Positions 14,117 through 28,600 are shown, counted from the stretch's first letter. The stretch is DNA of 64,000 bases from Octopus vulgaris (GCA_951406725.2 OX597836.1:36208001-36272000); one strand, 5' to 3'. The notes: a model not told the origin generated them from the sequence alone. Translations and numbers: made by a program.

Positions 14117-14390
14117 CATATGTGTGTGTGTGTATGTATGTATGTATGTCATTGTTCGGTTTTATTTCAAGATTTCTTGCCAATAGATAAAGAGTCGGTT
14201 TCTAACCGACATCCAATGGCTCCTTCATTGGAGTTTCAATATCAACAACAGATATTTTTATATGTATATATGTATGCATGTATGTATGTATGTATGTACG
14301 TGTGTATGTATATATGTATGTATGCATGAAGGTATGGATGTGTGTATGTATGTATGCATGTATGTATGTATGTGTGTGTGTGTGTAAGTA

Positions 14391-14949
14391 TTGGGTCGTC
14401 CGGAAAGTTCATGCCGATTTATAGTAGCTTACATTTCGACTTATTTTAGAACATGGTTGAGTCCATAAAATAGGATTTGACTACACCTCCATTTAGAGCA
14501 CAGTTTAAGGTATCTTTTCATGGGTTTATGTTCCTATAACCTGTCTAAATTCTGTAACCCTTTAAAATGGAAGATAAGAAAGTTCATTTTTGGCACTTCA
14601 TGATTTGGGGACCAGACAAAAATTGCTGCAGCTCGGTTGGGATGTGTTATCCCCACCCTCCATATTCACTAGATATTGCTCCTTCGAATTTCCACATATT
14701 CAGGTCTCTGCAGAATAGTCTTAATGGTAAAAATTTCAATTCCTTGGATGACGCAAAAAGATGCCGTGATGCATTCTTTGCCAAGAAACCACCTCAATTC
14801 TGAGAAGAGAGTATTTTCAAGATAAAGGAAAGATGGAGACGCATTGTGCGACAAAATGGTTCATATTTGGTTGATTAAAAATGTAATGGCAAGTATTTAT
14901 TGACCTTTTTTTCCTTTAAAAGTCGGCACGAACATTCCGGACAACCCAA
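14391..14949 (+). mobile_element. Internally deleted mariner element (MITE-like, ~560 bp)
   Basis: TIRs TTGGGTCGTCCGGAAAGTTCATGCCGA / TCGGCACGAACATTCCGGACAACCCAA, TA on both sides; N-terminal MEDKKVHFWHFM joined to HPPYSLDIAPSNFHIFRSLQNSLNGKNF. Confidence 0.92.
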
Positions 14950-15156
14950 TATATTGAAAGACAGATAAATGAATATAAAACTATTTAGAAGATTTTCTTA
15001 ACTCAGTAGAGGGCGGCATTGTAATTTGGCTTGTTATTCATTTTCAGTTAGATTTGGAAGAAAACCTTTGGGTACCTTGTCATGAAAGTATGCGTGAGTC
15101 TATGTCTGTGTGTGTTTGTGAGAGAGTGTATGTGTATGTGTTTGTGTGGCTGGTTG

Positions 15157-15196
<40 letters not shown>

Positions 15197-15727
15197 TGTG
15201 TTTAAGCCTATATATCATACATATCATGTGATATGATCTACAGAATCTTTAAACGGTGATCCAGCATGACCGCATTAGACCAACTGTAATAGGACAATCT
15301 TTACGTCAAGCGACAATAGAAACGAAATCCATCACATGTGTCTTTTGAATCTCCATCCCATTTCTACCACGATGCAATCCTATCCGTTTCATCACTCGAT
15401 CTCACTCTCTGGAGCTAGTCACTTCGAAAACAATTACCTCTCCGAAATATATTTATATCGAATTCTCAACTGTATTGTCAGAAGTTGTTATCCATCATAT
15501 TTATATTTTGCAGAGTTACCTACCCTGGTCAGCTGCTGGCCAATGTAGATATACATAACTAGTACCATCTGACATGGTTAGCTGCTGGTCAAGATAGACT
15601 ATTGGATGCTGGTGCCAAACTTCTTGATTCGGGCTTCACAACCTGTAAAACCAATTATGCCGAGTTCATCCACCTTCGAAGCAAGACCTTCCATTGATCG
15701 CCTACAATTTTCATTAGTAATTTTCCC

Positions 15728-16165
15728 GGATCTTTTCGGTTTGAACGGCAGTTTTTAAAAATAATTTCCACGTAACTAAACACTTTTAAACTTCGTATAC
15801 TGGTAGAATGTGTTTATAAAACATCTTTTTTTCTTGGCTTTATTGAGAAAACTCTATGGTTTCTAAGATATTTGTTGTTTTTTTCTTTAATTTCTGCAAT
15901 TTCAACCAATCAATGACCGTCTATTGAGGTGAAAACATTCTGTGCCGTATAAATATGTCCCTCGTTTAAGAAACAGATTGGGTTTATTTACATTTCTGAA
16001 GAAAAAAAGATACCCTTCCCCCGCTCCTAACCCTAACTAACCCTAACTCTAACCCTAACCTTAAAATAGATTGAAATGCAATAGATCGATACTATGGTTA
16101 TAATTATGGGTGACAATTTCATATGACACCGCTAGGAAAAATTGCCGTTCAAACCGAAAAGATCC
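15728..16165 (+). mobile_element. MITE with ~29-bp TIRs and 8-bp TSD (Merlin-like or other 8-bp-TSD superfamily)
   Basis: TIR GGATCTTTTCGGTTTGAACGGCA at both ends; perfect TSD ATTTTCCC; internal (CCCTAA)-like run; inverted second copy at 51263-51673. Confidence 0.9.
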
Positions 16166-16743
16166 ATTTTCCCTAAGTAACGAGATATCTATGAAGGAAG
16201 CGTCATGAACCAATCAGAGAGCGTCGCTCTGTACTCGATCTGCTAGAAGGAGTATTACAATTATCCTCGAATAATAATCTGGCGTATTACAGACACACAT
16301 AAAAAAGGACAAAGACGGTATTGTAATGCTGGATAAACTAATAATAGGTGATGATCATGACTTTACTTTAAGAATATGGTAATTCAATGAAGATCAAAAA
16401 AGACCGGCAGTAGCTCTTAAAATTGAAATGGCCACGAAATGGTTGACATTTAGTAAACGTCGCTTATGTGGGAGTATATGCTTTAGACATGGATTAAACA
16501 AATTCGTTGTCGTGTAGGAACTGGAAAAATATATTTTCTTTCGGGTTTTTAGAAGGAAGTTTCCCAGAATCTTGCAGAATAATAATACGCCAATATACAA
16601 AAATATATACGTGCACACGTACACACACACACACACACACAAATAACCATAGACACACATTTATAAATATATATAGATACATATACTTACACACACACAC
16701 ACACACATTCGGACATATATGTCTATATGTATATGTATATGTG

Positions 16744-16870
16744 TGTCTATTGATGAGTGCAGGCTCGAAAGGTAAAAGACGTTTTATTTTCCCGAGCGTC
16801 AAGCTAATGCACCTGTTTGTTGTTCAAACCCCTGTCTCCGTCTTTTGTTTTTCTATAAATTTCAATTATA
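16744..16870 (+). mobile_element. Short Penelope-pLTR-like repeat with decayed minimal hammerhead
   Basis: TTGATGAG..GCTCGAAAGGTAAAAGAC then CCCGAGCGT..CTAAT..ACCTGTTTGTTGT, homologous to minus-strand copies at 41880-42060 and 62740-62865. Confidence 0.6.
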
Positions 16871-17082
16871 TTCACATACATACATACATACATACATACA
16901 TTCATACATAATGCATGCATACATACATATGTACAATAAAAATGAGAAGTGAAGAGAGAGTGTATATACTCTTATTCTATTCGTTTACAGATGTTTCGTA
17001 ATTTTTTAGCTATATAATTGACATTACATCAACATTCGCACGTATCTGCCACATCCATTTTAATATGTTCCTACATTTATAT

Positions 17083-17235
17083 TGTGGAGGCACATGGCCT
17101 AGCGGTTAGAGCTGCGGACTCGCGGTCCAGGGATCACGGGTTCGAATCTCAGACCGGGCCATGTGTGTGTTGATGAGCGAAACACCTAGGCTCCACGCGG
17201 CACCGGCAGAAGGTAATGGAGAACTTCTGCTGACT
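17083..17235 (+). mobile_element. SINE group D, 3'-truncated
   Basis: TGTGGAGGCACATGGCCTAGCGGTTAGAG...GGGTTCGAATCTC tRNA-like head. Confidence 0.8.
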
Positions 17236-17246
17236 TGTTCTCCACA

Positions 17247-17304
<58 letters not shown>

Positions 17305-17308
17305 GGAA

Positions 17309-17695
17309 TGGAAGCATTCCGTCGGTTACGACGATGAGGGTTCCGGTTGAACCGAATCAACGGAACAGCCTGCTCGTGAAAATAACGTGTAAGTGGCTGA
17401 GCACTCCACAGACACGTGCAACCTTAACGTAGTTCTCGGGGATATTCAGCGTGACACAGAGAGTGACAAGGCCGGCCCCTTGAAATACAGGTACAACAGA
17501 AACAGGAAGTAAGAGTGAGAGAAAGTTGTGGTGAAAGAGTACAGCAGGGATCACCACCACCCCCTGCCGGAGCCTCGTGGAGCTTTTTAGGTGTTTTCGC
17601 TCAATAAACACTCACAACGCCCGGTCTGGAAATCGAAACCGCGATCCTATGATCGCAAGTCCGCTGCCCTAACCACTGGGCCATTGCGCCTCCAC

Positions 17696-17696
<1 letters not shown>
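17309..17696 (-). mobile_element. SINE group C, full length
   Basis: tRNA-like head (TGGCCCAGTGGTTAGGG, GTTTCGATT), tail CGTCGTAACCGACGGAATGCTTCCA; matches copies at 20662, 45493 and 55214. Confidence 0.9.
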
Positions 17697-17734
<38 letters not shown>

Positions 17735-17801
17735 ATCTCGTGAGTACCGCTGGCGATTTTTTTCCTCTGTCTTCCCTTCTCGGGATCTTTCCTTCTCCTA
17801 T

Positions 17802-17837
17802 GTTTCCGACGAAGAGCTCCGCTCGAAACGTTAGAAC
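17802..17837 (+). ncRNA. Minimal type I hammerhead-like motif (U4C variant)
   Basis: GTTT | CCGACGA | A GAGC tcc GCTC | GAAACGTTA | GAAC; palindromic AACGTT in place of stem III. Confidence 0.6.
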
Positions 17838-17932
17838 CCTCCTTCTTCCCTTCTTTCCTGAGCGTCCAATAATACACATTTGCACACACATCCTCGCGTT
17901 GCTGCGTTTTTTTGGGTTTTTTTGTGTGTTTT

Positions 17933-17989
<57 letters not shown>

Positions 17990-18156
17990 GTGTATGTGTA
18001 TGTATGTATGTATATTTGTCGCTCTTGAAAATACAGTTTAGAAACTGCACTTAATTTGTAATAGTTACTACTAAAATACCATTACGATGAGAAAACCGAC
18101 GGATAAGAGTAAGATTTTGAATTGATGCCAAAATAATTTTTGATAATTTAAGACTG

Positions 18157-18487
18157 GAAAACAATAATCAATAGTTGCGTGAACAACAAAGACGTTTAAG
18201 AGATTCCTTTAAGAAATAATAAATCCAGATTTTTTTCATAGCTTGATCAGAGGAAGTAAAACGTTTATGATTGATTTTTTTCTTTAGGTTCGAATCTGTT
18301 AGCAGGAGGAAGAATATATTTGCAAGATCATGGGTTTTTGTAAAGTTGACCAAGAATCCTCTGATGGTTTTAAAGCGAACGGCATCTTGAAATTGCTAGG
18401 AATCTTTAAAAACACCAAAATATAATTATTTCTTTATTGCCCACAGGGGCCTAAATATAGAGGGGACAAGCAAAGAGGGAGAAAGGG
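18157..18487 (+). repeat. Dispersed ~300-bp duplication; second copy at 23606-23890
   Basis: GAAAACAATAATCAATA.TTGCGTGAACAACAAAGACG... shared through the adjacent SINE B tail; the second copy has two deletions. Confidence 0.85.
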
Positions 18488-18839
18488 ATCAAGTCGACTA
18501 CATCAACCCCAGTGCGTAACTGATATTTTATTCAATTCATGTGCAAATGCCCGTATTCTTTCATTAGTTATATGACGGCAAGCTGGCAGAATCTGTCACA
18601 CGCGAGGTTTTTCACGTCTTTCCGTTCAGACTTCAAATTTCGGCGTGGTCGACTTTGCCTTTTACCTTCATGTGCTCTATAAATTAAGTACCACTTGAGC
18701 ACTTAGATTGATGCTATTGACTTAAAACTTTACTCGAACTTGTTGGTCTTGTGCCAAAATTAGAAACCAATAGTCAGATTGCTATGCATTTAAAAAAATA
18801 GAAACCGATGGGAAAGCCTAATATATTTCTTCCAATTGT

Positions 18840-18887
<48 letters not shown>

Positions 18888-19000
18888 TCCATGTACTTGT
18901 GCTTCGTATTTTTTGTTGTGCACGTTTCGTGATGTCCTATGCCGACATATGCATATATTTATACGTATACATGTATGTATATATACGTATTATATAGGCA

Positions 19001-19059
<59 letters not shown>

Positions 19060-19062
19060 ATA

Positions 19063-19104
<42 letters not shown>

Positions 19105-19589
19105 TGTATATATGTATGTATGTATGTATTTACGTGTAGCGATAGCTATTAATAAAATGCATGTATTTATATTTAAAGGGAAAAATTATATATTTTGAAT
19201 TAATTTTTTCCTAAACTGGATTTTCACGCTGGCTACTAGATAAATTCTGAAATTTCATCTTTATATATTATTTAAAATTAAAGCGGAATATATTCTGTGC
19301 TGAATTATTCCGACTATACACGTGGGCCGAGATGTAATTTGAGAAGCCCGCCTTTTTACATGCGAGTATTTGGATACGCTATGCTACGTTGGATACGTTT
19401 GTTGTTGGCTTGTTACGCACAGACGTTAATTTTTACGTGTTCTGATTATGTTTGCTCTGATGACTGGAATGTGTATTATGTACGCTAACCATGAAATCAT
19501 TAATGTTTTGCGGAGATCATTAATGTTTTTAAGAGATAGATATCAAGTTGTATTCCCTCGCTTTCCGTGCCGTGTATATTTATTAAATG

Positions 19590-19621
<32 letters not shown>

Positions 19622-19627
19622 CTGTGT

Positions 19628-19690
<63 letters not shown>

Positions 19691-19864
19691 GCTTTTCTAA
19701 CTTCGGGAAATATATTTATATATTTCTTATAAACATATTTACATTTCTTCTCTAAATGTATTTATAGAAGTTCATTAAATTAGTTATGTATTCACGGAAA
19801 ATATTATTATTGACATTCACAAAATATATAAAAGTGCATTTGCTATGTCAGCACCTACCTATCA

Positions 19865-19959
<95 letters not shown>

Positions 19960-20153
19960 AATGTATGTGTGCATGTGTGTATATGCATATGTCCTTACGA
20001 GCTCAAATATTCCTAAACTGCGGCAATATCAATTTTAATGATGCACACAGACACATACATAAATACATACAAAGATACATTATATATATATATATATATA
20101 TATATATAACACATATATATATCTATATATCTATATATATATATATCTATATA

Positions 20154-20218
<65 letters not shown>

Positions 20219-20255
20219 ATACACACATATATATTATACACATATATATATCTAT

Positions 20256-20311
<56 letters not shown>

Positions 20312-20661
20312 GTACAGACATACACACACACACACACACACACACATGATTCCTTCTCTGTTGCATGTTTAACGCTCATAACTATTTCAGCAGTTGGATA
20401 TTTTAATGTTAACTCCTCCGCTATAATATCATGTTTGTCAACATAATGGCACTTATGTGTGTATCATTTTCTATTAAATTCTTTAATATGAATGCTATTA
20501 ACAATGTCATATTCATCCATCCTTCTACAAGACATTTAAAAGCTATTGTTTGAATGAGGAGAATTGTGAATAAAATCCTCTTGTGGATTATACCTATAAG
20601 ATATATGAGATAAGAAACTATCCGGTACATAACTACCAAAACTTGTCAAATATTGTGAAAT

Positions 20662-21037
20662 TGGAAGCACTCCGTCGGTTACGACGACGAGGGTTCCGGT
20701 TGATCCGATTCAACGGAACAGCCTGCTCGTGAAATTAACGTGTAAGTGGCTGAGCACTCCACATACACGTGTACCCTTAACGTAGTTCTCGGGGATATTC
20801 AGCGTGAAACAGAGAGTGACAAGGCCGGCCCTTTGAAATACAGGTACAATAGTAAGAGTAAGAGAAAGTTGTGGCGAAAGAGTACAGCAGGGATCACCAC
20901 CATCCCCTGCCGGAGCCTCGTGGAGCTTTAGGTGTTTTCGCTCAATAAACACTCACAACGCCCGGTCTGGGAATCGAAACCGCGATCCTATGACCGCGAG
21001 TCCGCTGCCCTAACCACTGGGCCATTGCACCTCCACA
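20662..21037 (-). mobile_element. SINE group C, full length
   Basis: Matches the group C text; TSD ATTGTGAAATT. Confidence 0.92.
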
Positions 21038-21437
21038 TTGTGAAATTAGACTGTTGGGGTTTGAAGTAATATCTGTGGATGATAGTGCAACAATCTTGAT
21101 CATTTGACTGGATACGACATGGATAGGAATTATTTTATAGAGCTTATTCTCACATTTCATATACAGCTCAAACATATGCGACAGTGGGGATACCACAAGG
21201 GCTAGGCCAAGGACAGTGTGGTTGGTTAAAATTCGTTTCAGGATTGTCTGGTGAACGTCGCCGTCTATCGATGGCTTTCTGCTATGTCTGGACAATTGTC
21301 TTTTAATGTAGCCCCTTCCGATAAATTCTTTGTTCGGTAAATACTTCGTCGCATATATGTATATGCGCGCTTGTGTGTGTGTATTCATGTATATATTTGT
21401 GCTTTCGGTTGTCCCGCAGCAAGGTATGACAAGCATA

Positions 21438-21853
21438 AGGCGGCGAGCTGGCAGAATCGTTAGCACAGCGGGCGAAATGCATAACGGTATTTCGTCTGCC
21501 GTTACGTTGTAAGTTCAAATTCCGCCGAGGTCGACTTTACCTTTCATCCTTTCGGGGTCGATAAATTAAGTACCAGTTACGCACTGGGGTCGATGTAATC
21601 GACTTAATACCTATGTCTGTCCTTGTTTGTCCGCTCTGTGTTTAGCCCCTTGTGGGTAATAAAGAAATAGGTATTTCGTCTGCCGCCACGTTTTGAGTTC
21701 AAATTCCGCCGAGGTCGACTTTGCTTTTCGTCCTTTCAGGGTCGATTAAATAAGTACCAGTTACGCACTGGGATCGATATAATCGACTTAATCCGTGTGT
21801 CTGTCCTTGTTTGTCCCCTCTGTGTTTAGCCCCTTGTCGGTAGTAAAGAAATA
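21438..21853 (+). mobile_element. SINE group B, head-to-tail partial dimer
   Basis: Same junction (GAAATA|GGTATTTCGTC) as the 11069 copy; TSD AGGTATGACAAGCA. Confidence 0.9.
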
Positions 21854-22379
21854 GGTATGACAAGCAGTGAAGTCTTATTTATGTTCCTGTAAGCTGGCTG
21901 TTCAGCAAGAGACACCGTTGGAATAGGTACACGATTTTAACATAAGTAAAAGATTGAAATAAAGAAGAAATATTCTCTTAAGAACTCATACAACAGCGTT
22001 CATAATGCAACCTTGACTTAACTAATCCTTTTAAATTAATGACGATAATTGTTTCAAAGTATATCTTCAATCAAGCTATTTTTAGTCGGAAGCGCGTAGA
22101 TGATTACCTCGAACTGAGTAGACGACAAACATATAATATTATCCACACGGAATGGTGAAATGATAAAGTTTCGTTAAGGAGGTTTTTGCCCTGAGGACGT
22201 AGAGACTAGAGGGCAAACAGAAATGCTTCTATTCGACTACACCGACACACTAACGCTTCTACAATATCTTCTCTATGCTGGAATATATAAGACAATTTCA
22301 AAATCGTTTGTCACCGATTGAGATGTATATATATATCATGATGACTTCAAGAGCAATGAATTCATATCGATATGCACGA

Positions 22380-22653
22380 TGAAATTAATGCATTTATGAG
22401 GCACAGTTATGTCAAGCACATATATACATATGTATATGGGTTTGTGTGTAAGTGAATGTATTTATGCATACATATATGCGTACATATATATTTTTTTATA
22501 TATATACGTGCATATACATATATATATGCATGTGTAAATATATAAATTAATGCATTAATATGAGGCACAGTTATGTCAAATATATATATATATATACATA
22601 TGTATGTGGGTTTGTGCGTAAGTGAATGTATTTATGCATACATACATGCGTAC

Positions 22654-22684
<31 letters not shown>

Positions 22685-22900
22685 TTATATATATACATGC
22701 ATATACATATATATATGCATTGTAAATATATAAATTAATGCATTTATATGAGGCACAGTTATGTCAAGTATATATATACATATGTATGTGGGTTTGTGCG
22801 TAAGTGAATGCATTTATGCATACGTACATACATATATATATTTTTTTTTTATATATACACATGCATATACATATATATATATGCATGTGTAAATATATAA
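22380..22900. repeat. ~170-190-bp tandem repeat x3 built around microsatellites
   Basis: AAATTAATGCATT..ATGAGGCACAGTTATGTCAA...GGGTTTGTG.GTAAGTGAATG occurs three times. Confidence 0.85.
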
Positions 22901-24437
22901 ATATACATGTTTGCAAGACACATACACATACTCACACATGTATATATATATATGATATATGCATATATATACACACAATAATGAAATAGATACACACACA
23001 CGTATACATACTTACATTCGCATATATATATACATACATGCATACATACACACATATATATATATATATATATATGCAGATATACGTTTCTATATCTCTA
23101 TGACATTTCACTAAATACTGTCAGACATATATGAATATAAATCACGTTTATGTCACCTAATATTTATAACAAAATCTTCAGAATTTCTCATAACTCTATG
23201 AATAACAGTCATCCGTGACCGCATGTCATATCAATATTTCACTCAATTTTTCACAATATCTCTCCTTGCTCTTAGTCTGCATAGAATTGAAAACTTGCTA
23301 CATCAGCGTGATAGAAAAGCTGAGATTCATTTATATTTCATCCGAAAACGTTTTGCATATAAGAAATAAAACTGATATGCTTAACTATGTTCCGATTCGT
23401 AAATCGATTGCTGGCGGGAATACGTAATCGAATATATGGCCATATAGGTGCTCTAGCTTGATTTACATTGCACCCAATAACAGACACACAGAGTGGCTGT
23501 GTGATAAATAGCTTGCTTACGAACCACATGGTACCGGGTTCAGTCCCACTGCGTAAGCGGTTGCAGATGGCCACAATCCTTAGCGCGTCAGGAAAGATTT
23601 AGCTCGAAAACAATAATCAATACTTGCGTGAACAACAAAGACGTTTAAGAGATTCCTTTAAGAAATAATATATCCAGATTTTTTCATAGCTTGATCAGAG
23701 GAAGAAAAAAGTTTATGATTGATTTTTTTCTTTAGGTTCGAATCTGTTAGTAGGAGCAAGATTATGGGTTTGTGTAAAGTTGACCAAGAATCATATGATT
23801 CACTAGGAATCTTTAAAAACTACAAAATATATTTATGTCTTTATTGCTCACAGGGGTCTAAATATAGAGGGGACAAGAAGGGACAAAGGGAGCTCAAATT
23901 CCACTGAGGTCTCCTTTCCCTTTCTTCCTTTCTAGATTGATACTATAAGTACCAGTTATAATTTCGGGTCATTTCGCGAAATTGCCTACCTTGTGCCAAA
24001 ACTTCAAACCAATATTATCATTGCGTTTAATTTATACATATCTAAAGGTGTAAGGGTGTGCTTTTACGGTGAACGATACTTGTCTGTTCCAGATCATTAC
24101 TAGAATACGATAGTACCGTGATTCGGCGTTCGTATTACGGGGTATCGGGGGTGAAGAATGTTTCTTAATAAGTTAATTCTGATCCCCAACATGTCGTTCA
24201 ATTAGCATTTAACACAAGGCTGACTTATACTTTTTTTTGCTGCTGTTTTGCATTCGCTGTCTCCGAGAGGTCGTTTGCACTGGACTTCGGTTTTCTCCTC
24301 CTTCTATACTGAGACAAACATAGCTACTATCACTGTTTCTGTCGAAGTTGGTACATAATTAATATCTATATATTGAGATATTAATATGTATATAACGAAT
24401 TTCTGTGATAGTCAAATCATGTATCCCAAATGTTGCT

Positions 24438-24724
24438 ATGGAGGCACATGGCCTAGTGTTTAGAGCAGCGGACTCGCGGTCAAGGGATCGCGGGTTCGAA
24501 ACTCAGACTGGGAGATGTGTGTGTTTATGATCGAAACACCTAAGCTCCACGCGCTTCCGGCAGAAGATAATGCCGGACTCTTTCGCCACAACTTTCTCTC
24601 CCTCTTTCCTCCTTCATCTGGCAGTTTACCCGAGACGAACCGGCGTCCCAGCCGGGTGGGGAACCTATACGCCAACGAAACCGGCCCTTATGTGCCAGGC
24701 TTGGCTCGAGAAGGAACAAACAAC
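24438..24724 (+). mobile_element. SINE group D
   Basis: tRNA-like head closely related to group C; body CCGGCGTCCCAGCCGGG...GAAACCGGCCCTTATG...GGCTCGAGAAGGAACAAACAAC. Confidence 0.85.
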
Positions 24725-25186
24725 ATGAATATTCGTACTGCAAATACGATTCGGACTGTGTGAATTTCATTCATATTCAATGAATTATAAGTCTTATTTC
24801 TTAAGTTGTGTTTAGAAAAGATATTTTTAAAATTATTTCTAAGTTTTAAAACATATTTTCTATATAATGAAATATTCGGCGTTCGTATTACGGGGTATCG
24901 GGGGTGAAGAATGTTTCTTAATAAGTTAATTCTGATCCCCAACATGTCGTTCAATTAACATTTAACAGAAGGCTGACTTATACTTTTATTTGCTGCTGTT
25001 TTGCATTCGCTGTCTCCGAGAGGTCGTTTGCAGTGAACTTCGGTTTTCTCCTCCTTCTATACTGAGACAAACATAGCTACTATCACTGTTTCTGTCGAAG
25101 TTGGTACATAATATCTATATATTGAGATATTAATATGTATATAACGAATTTCTGGGATAGTCAAATCATGTATCCCAAATGTTGCT

Positions 25187-25473
25187 ATGGAGGCACATGG
25201 CCTAGTGTTTAGAGCAGCGGACTCGCGGTCAAGGGATCGCGGGTTCGAAACTCAGACTGGGAGATGTGTGTGTTTATGATCGAAACACCTAAGCTCCACG
25301 CGCTTCCGGCAGAAGATAATGCCGGACTCTTTCGCCACAACTTTCTCTCCCTCTTTCCTCCTTCATCTGGCAGTTTACCCGAGACGGACCGGCGTCCCAG
25401 CCGGGTGGGGAACCTATACGCCAACGAAACCGGCCCTTATGTGCCAGGCTTGGCTCGAGAAGGAACAAACAAC
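25187..25473 (+). mobile_element. SINE group D (copy within the tandem duplication)
   Basis: Duplicate of 24438-24724. Confidence 0.85.
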
Positions 25474-25793
25474 ATGAATATTCGTACTGCAAATACGATT
25501 CAGACTGTGTGAATTTCATTCATATTCAATGAATTATAAGTCTTATTTCTTAAGTTGTGTTTAGAAAAGATATTTTTAAAATTATTTCTAAGTTTTAAAA
25601 CATATTTTCTATATAATGAAATAATTACTTGTTCGCTTTGTAAGATCGTACAGAGTGAAAAATAAGACAACGTTGTTATGTTTATTTGATATGATATACA
25701 GTACTGTAATTTGTCCTTAAAATACGTCTGAATACTTCAGGAGTGGCTTCTGTCTAAAGGCTAGAAGACTAGCTCACAAATACATAAACACAA

Positions 25794-26243
<450 letters not shown>

Positions 26244-27950
26244 ATTACATACATGTATATTATGTTTACAGTTATGTGTGCATATATATATATTTATAGA
26301 TTGCTGTAAATACATATTTGTGTGATTGTGTATACGTAAGTTGTGCTATGTGTATATATACATACATACATTTAACCATATATATACATATATATTTGTG
26401 TATGTACCATACTATTTAGCAGTGTTATCTACCTGGTTGAACTGATGTGTGTGAGAATTAAAAGAAAGGATGGTGGTGTTGTCTTTATCGTAGTTCAGTT
26501 CAAGATGGAAATTAAAACCGAAATGATTTATAGCCAGCTTCGTATTTGTTTGAACAGTTTTAGATTACAAAGGATTATCTCTGAGCAAAAGCCGCTGCAG
26601 GCCATTCGCCTCATAATATATTTCACAGTTTCCTCTCTAGTTGAACGAAAATGTATTACTGCTTACTTGACACGCTCTTTTATTTTAGAATTGAAATGTA
26701 GATATGATTTATTAATCCGTTGCACGGAAAAGAGAATGTTCAATAGAAATTTATATAACAACCATATTGTAATTCTTTGACATATATACATATAAAACTT
26801 AGGATGATTCTACATCACTTGAATTCAAGGAGTTACTCTGGTCATTTTCCAATTTGAAAGGAATACCATCTTGCTTTGTTCTCACTGATCTGGGAAGACA
26901 TGAAAAGGGTTATCGGCACTTCGTATTCTCTTCTGTCTAAGCAAGTGATTCTTATAGACAGACAAATACCCTTGGCGCCGCAAATATTTATGAAACTTTC
27001 CTCAGCTTATCTTTACAGCGGAGAAAACCAAATAGTATTTGCAACTTTATAAATCTTCACTTTCGTCCATGGTATCGTGCAAGTTCGAAAAAGTGTTACA
27101 GCATAGTTTTATCAAATATATTTGTCTACCCAGCTTCCAGTTTCCAAAGCCCGTCATAATGGAATGTCTTCCACCCATGGATAATACCAATACAGTTTAC
27201 AAAAGTTAGATTTTCTGAGTAATTGAAAACTTATCCATACAAAATTATGAACTTTACAGAAGGGACTGTAACTGAATATTATGATAGAATGTTCCTACAA
27301 TACCAGTCTAGAGTGCAACGCGGACCTGATCGAGGGTTCTACATGGTTATTCAACCTGCTGAAACAAGTAACATAATTTCTCTCAAATTACGCTTCATTG
27401 GCGTAAGATAAAGAAGATTACAATTCATTTTCGGACAATTCCTTTTCGGTCAGCGGATCGACATTTCCTGGTAGGGTCTCCTATACTGAGAGGTCAAAGA
27501 ATAGAGGTCGGATTAAAATGGGCTTCCCATTCTCAGAGGTAAAAATGGGTTTGCGTTGGGCCATCATCCCAGCGAATGAAAACCAAAGTTACGGAAGTTT
27601 CGATGACAATTCAAATCCAGCAAGGCACCGAAGAGAAAGGCCTTCGCTCAGTGAAACGTGTGATGCCCTAAATGTAGCTAGAGCGGTCTTCTGAGGCAGA
27701 CCTTATGAAGAACGGGTCCAACTAGCAAGAGAGAGAAAAGATAACATAGTGATGTGAAACGTGAAGAAATCCGTCGATGGCATGCACTGAATAGGGATAG
27801 TAGGACTTAAGTAAGTACACAACAACACGAAATGATAATGAAACTGGTGGGCCTCGTGTCAATATCTGTACGTTACTGTGGTGCATACTTGCCTGTAGAT
27901 GTTGCAGCCACTTCAGTAGTAGCGAGAACAGCACCACTACCGCTACCACC

Positions 27951-27976
27951 AACAACAACAACAACTACTATTACCT

Positions 27977-28030
<54 letters not shown>

Positions 28031-28078
28031 TTACTACTACTACTACTGCTACTACTACTACTGCAACTACTACTACTA
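27951..28078. repeat. (ACA)n-(ACT)n trinucleotide microsatellite
   Basis: Direct reading. Confidence 0.95.
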
Positions 28079-28429
28079 AGAAACTGTTTAAGATTACAAA
28101 ATTCATCAATATTTTAGTATTACTTTAAATATAAGAACTTCACGCTAAACTTTCAGTTGACTTTGATTTATATTCAAAAGATTACCTAGGGTGACATGTT
28201 CCCTATCTTTTGTGAGAAGATCTGAAGAAATTATATATCCATATTAATGTTTTCTTTAGATCTGACAATGTAGATTTGTAAACAGATCAATGAAATTGAA
28301 TAGGGCAAATCGATTCTTCATTTTAATAGTTTTAATATATTGATTAAGAGTAAATATGGCATATATACATATGAATGCATGTATATATGACCGAAAATAA
28401 GTATATGATATGTATGTATGCCTGTAAGG

Positions 28430-28468
<39 letters not shown>

Positions 28469-28547
28469 GTAAATAGTATATAAATATATGCATATATATA
28501 TATATACATATATGTAATACCTACACACACACACACAAACACCCCCC

Positions 28548-28600
<53 letters not shown>

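Larger units (their letters stand above)
24121..25622. repeat. ~750-bp near-perfect tandem duplication (24121-24873 and 24874-25622)
   Basis: Identical apart from about 8 substitutions and a 4-bp indel; duplicated ORFs offset by 749. Confidence 0.95.

Noticed and set aside
16027-16060. Interstitial telomere or chromosome-fusion scar
   Set aside because: The tract is short and internal to a MITE.
19455-19505. CTGATGA...GAAA hammerhead candidates here and at 40187, 53266 and 60351
   Set aside because: Stems I or III cannot be formed, or GAAA is missing.
22380-22900. CRISPR-like repeat/spacer periodicity
   Set aside because: The apparent spacers are homologous microsatellites in a eukaryotic context with no cas genes.
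27430-27620. Possible RTE 5' UTR relic with HDV-like ribozyme
   Set aside because: The resemblance is vague and I could not build the nested double pseudoknot.
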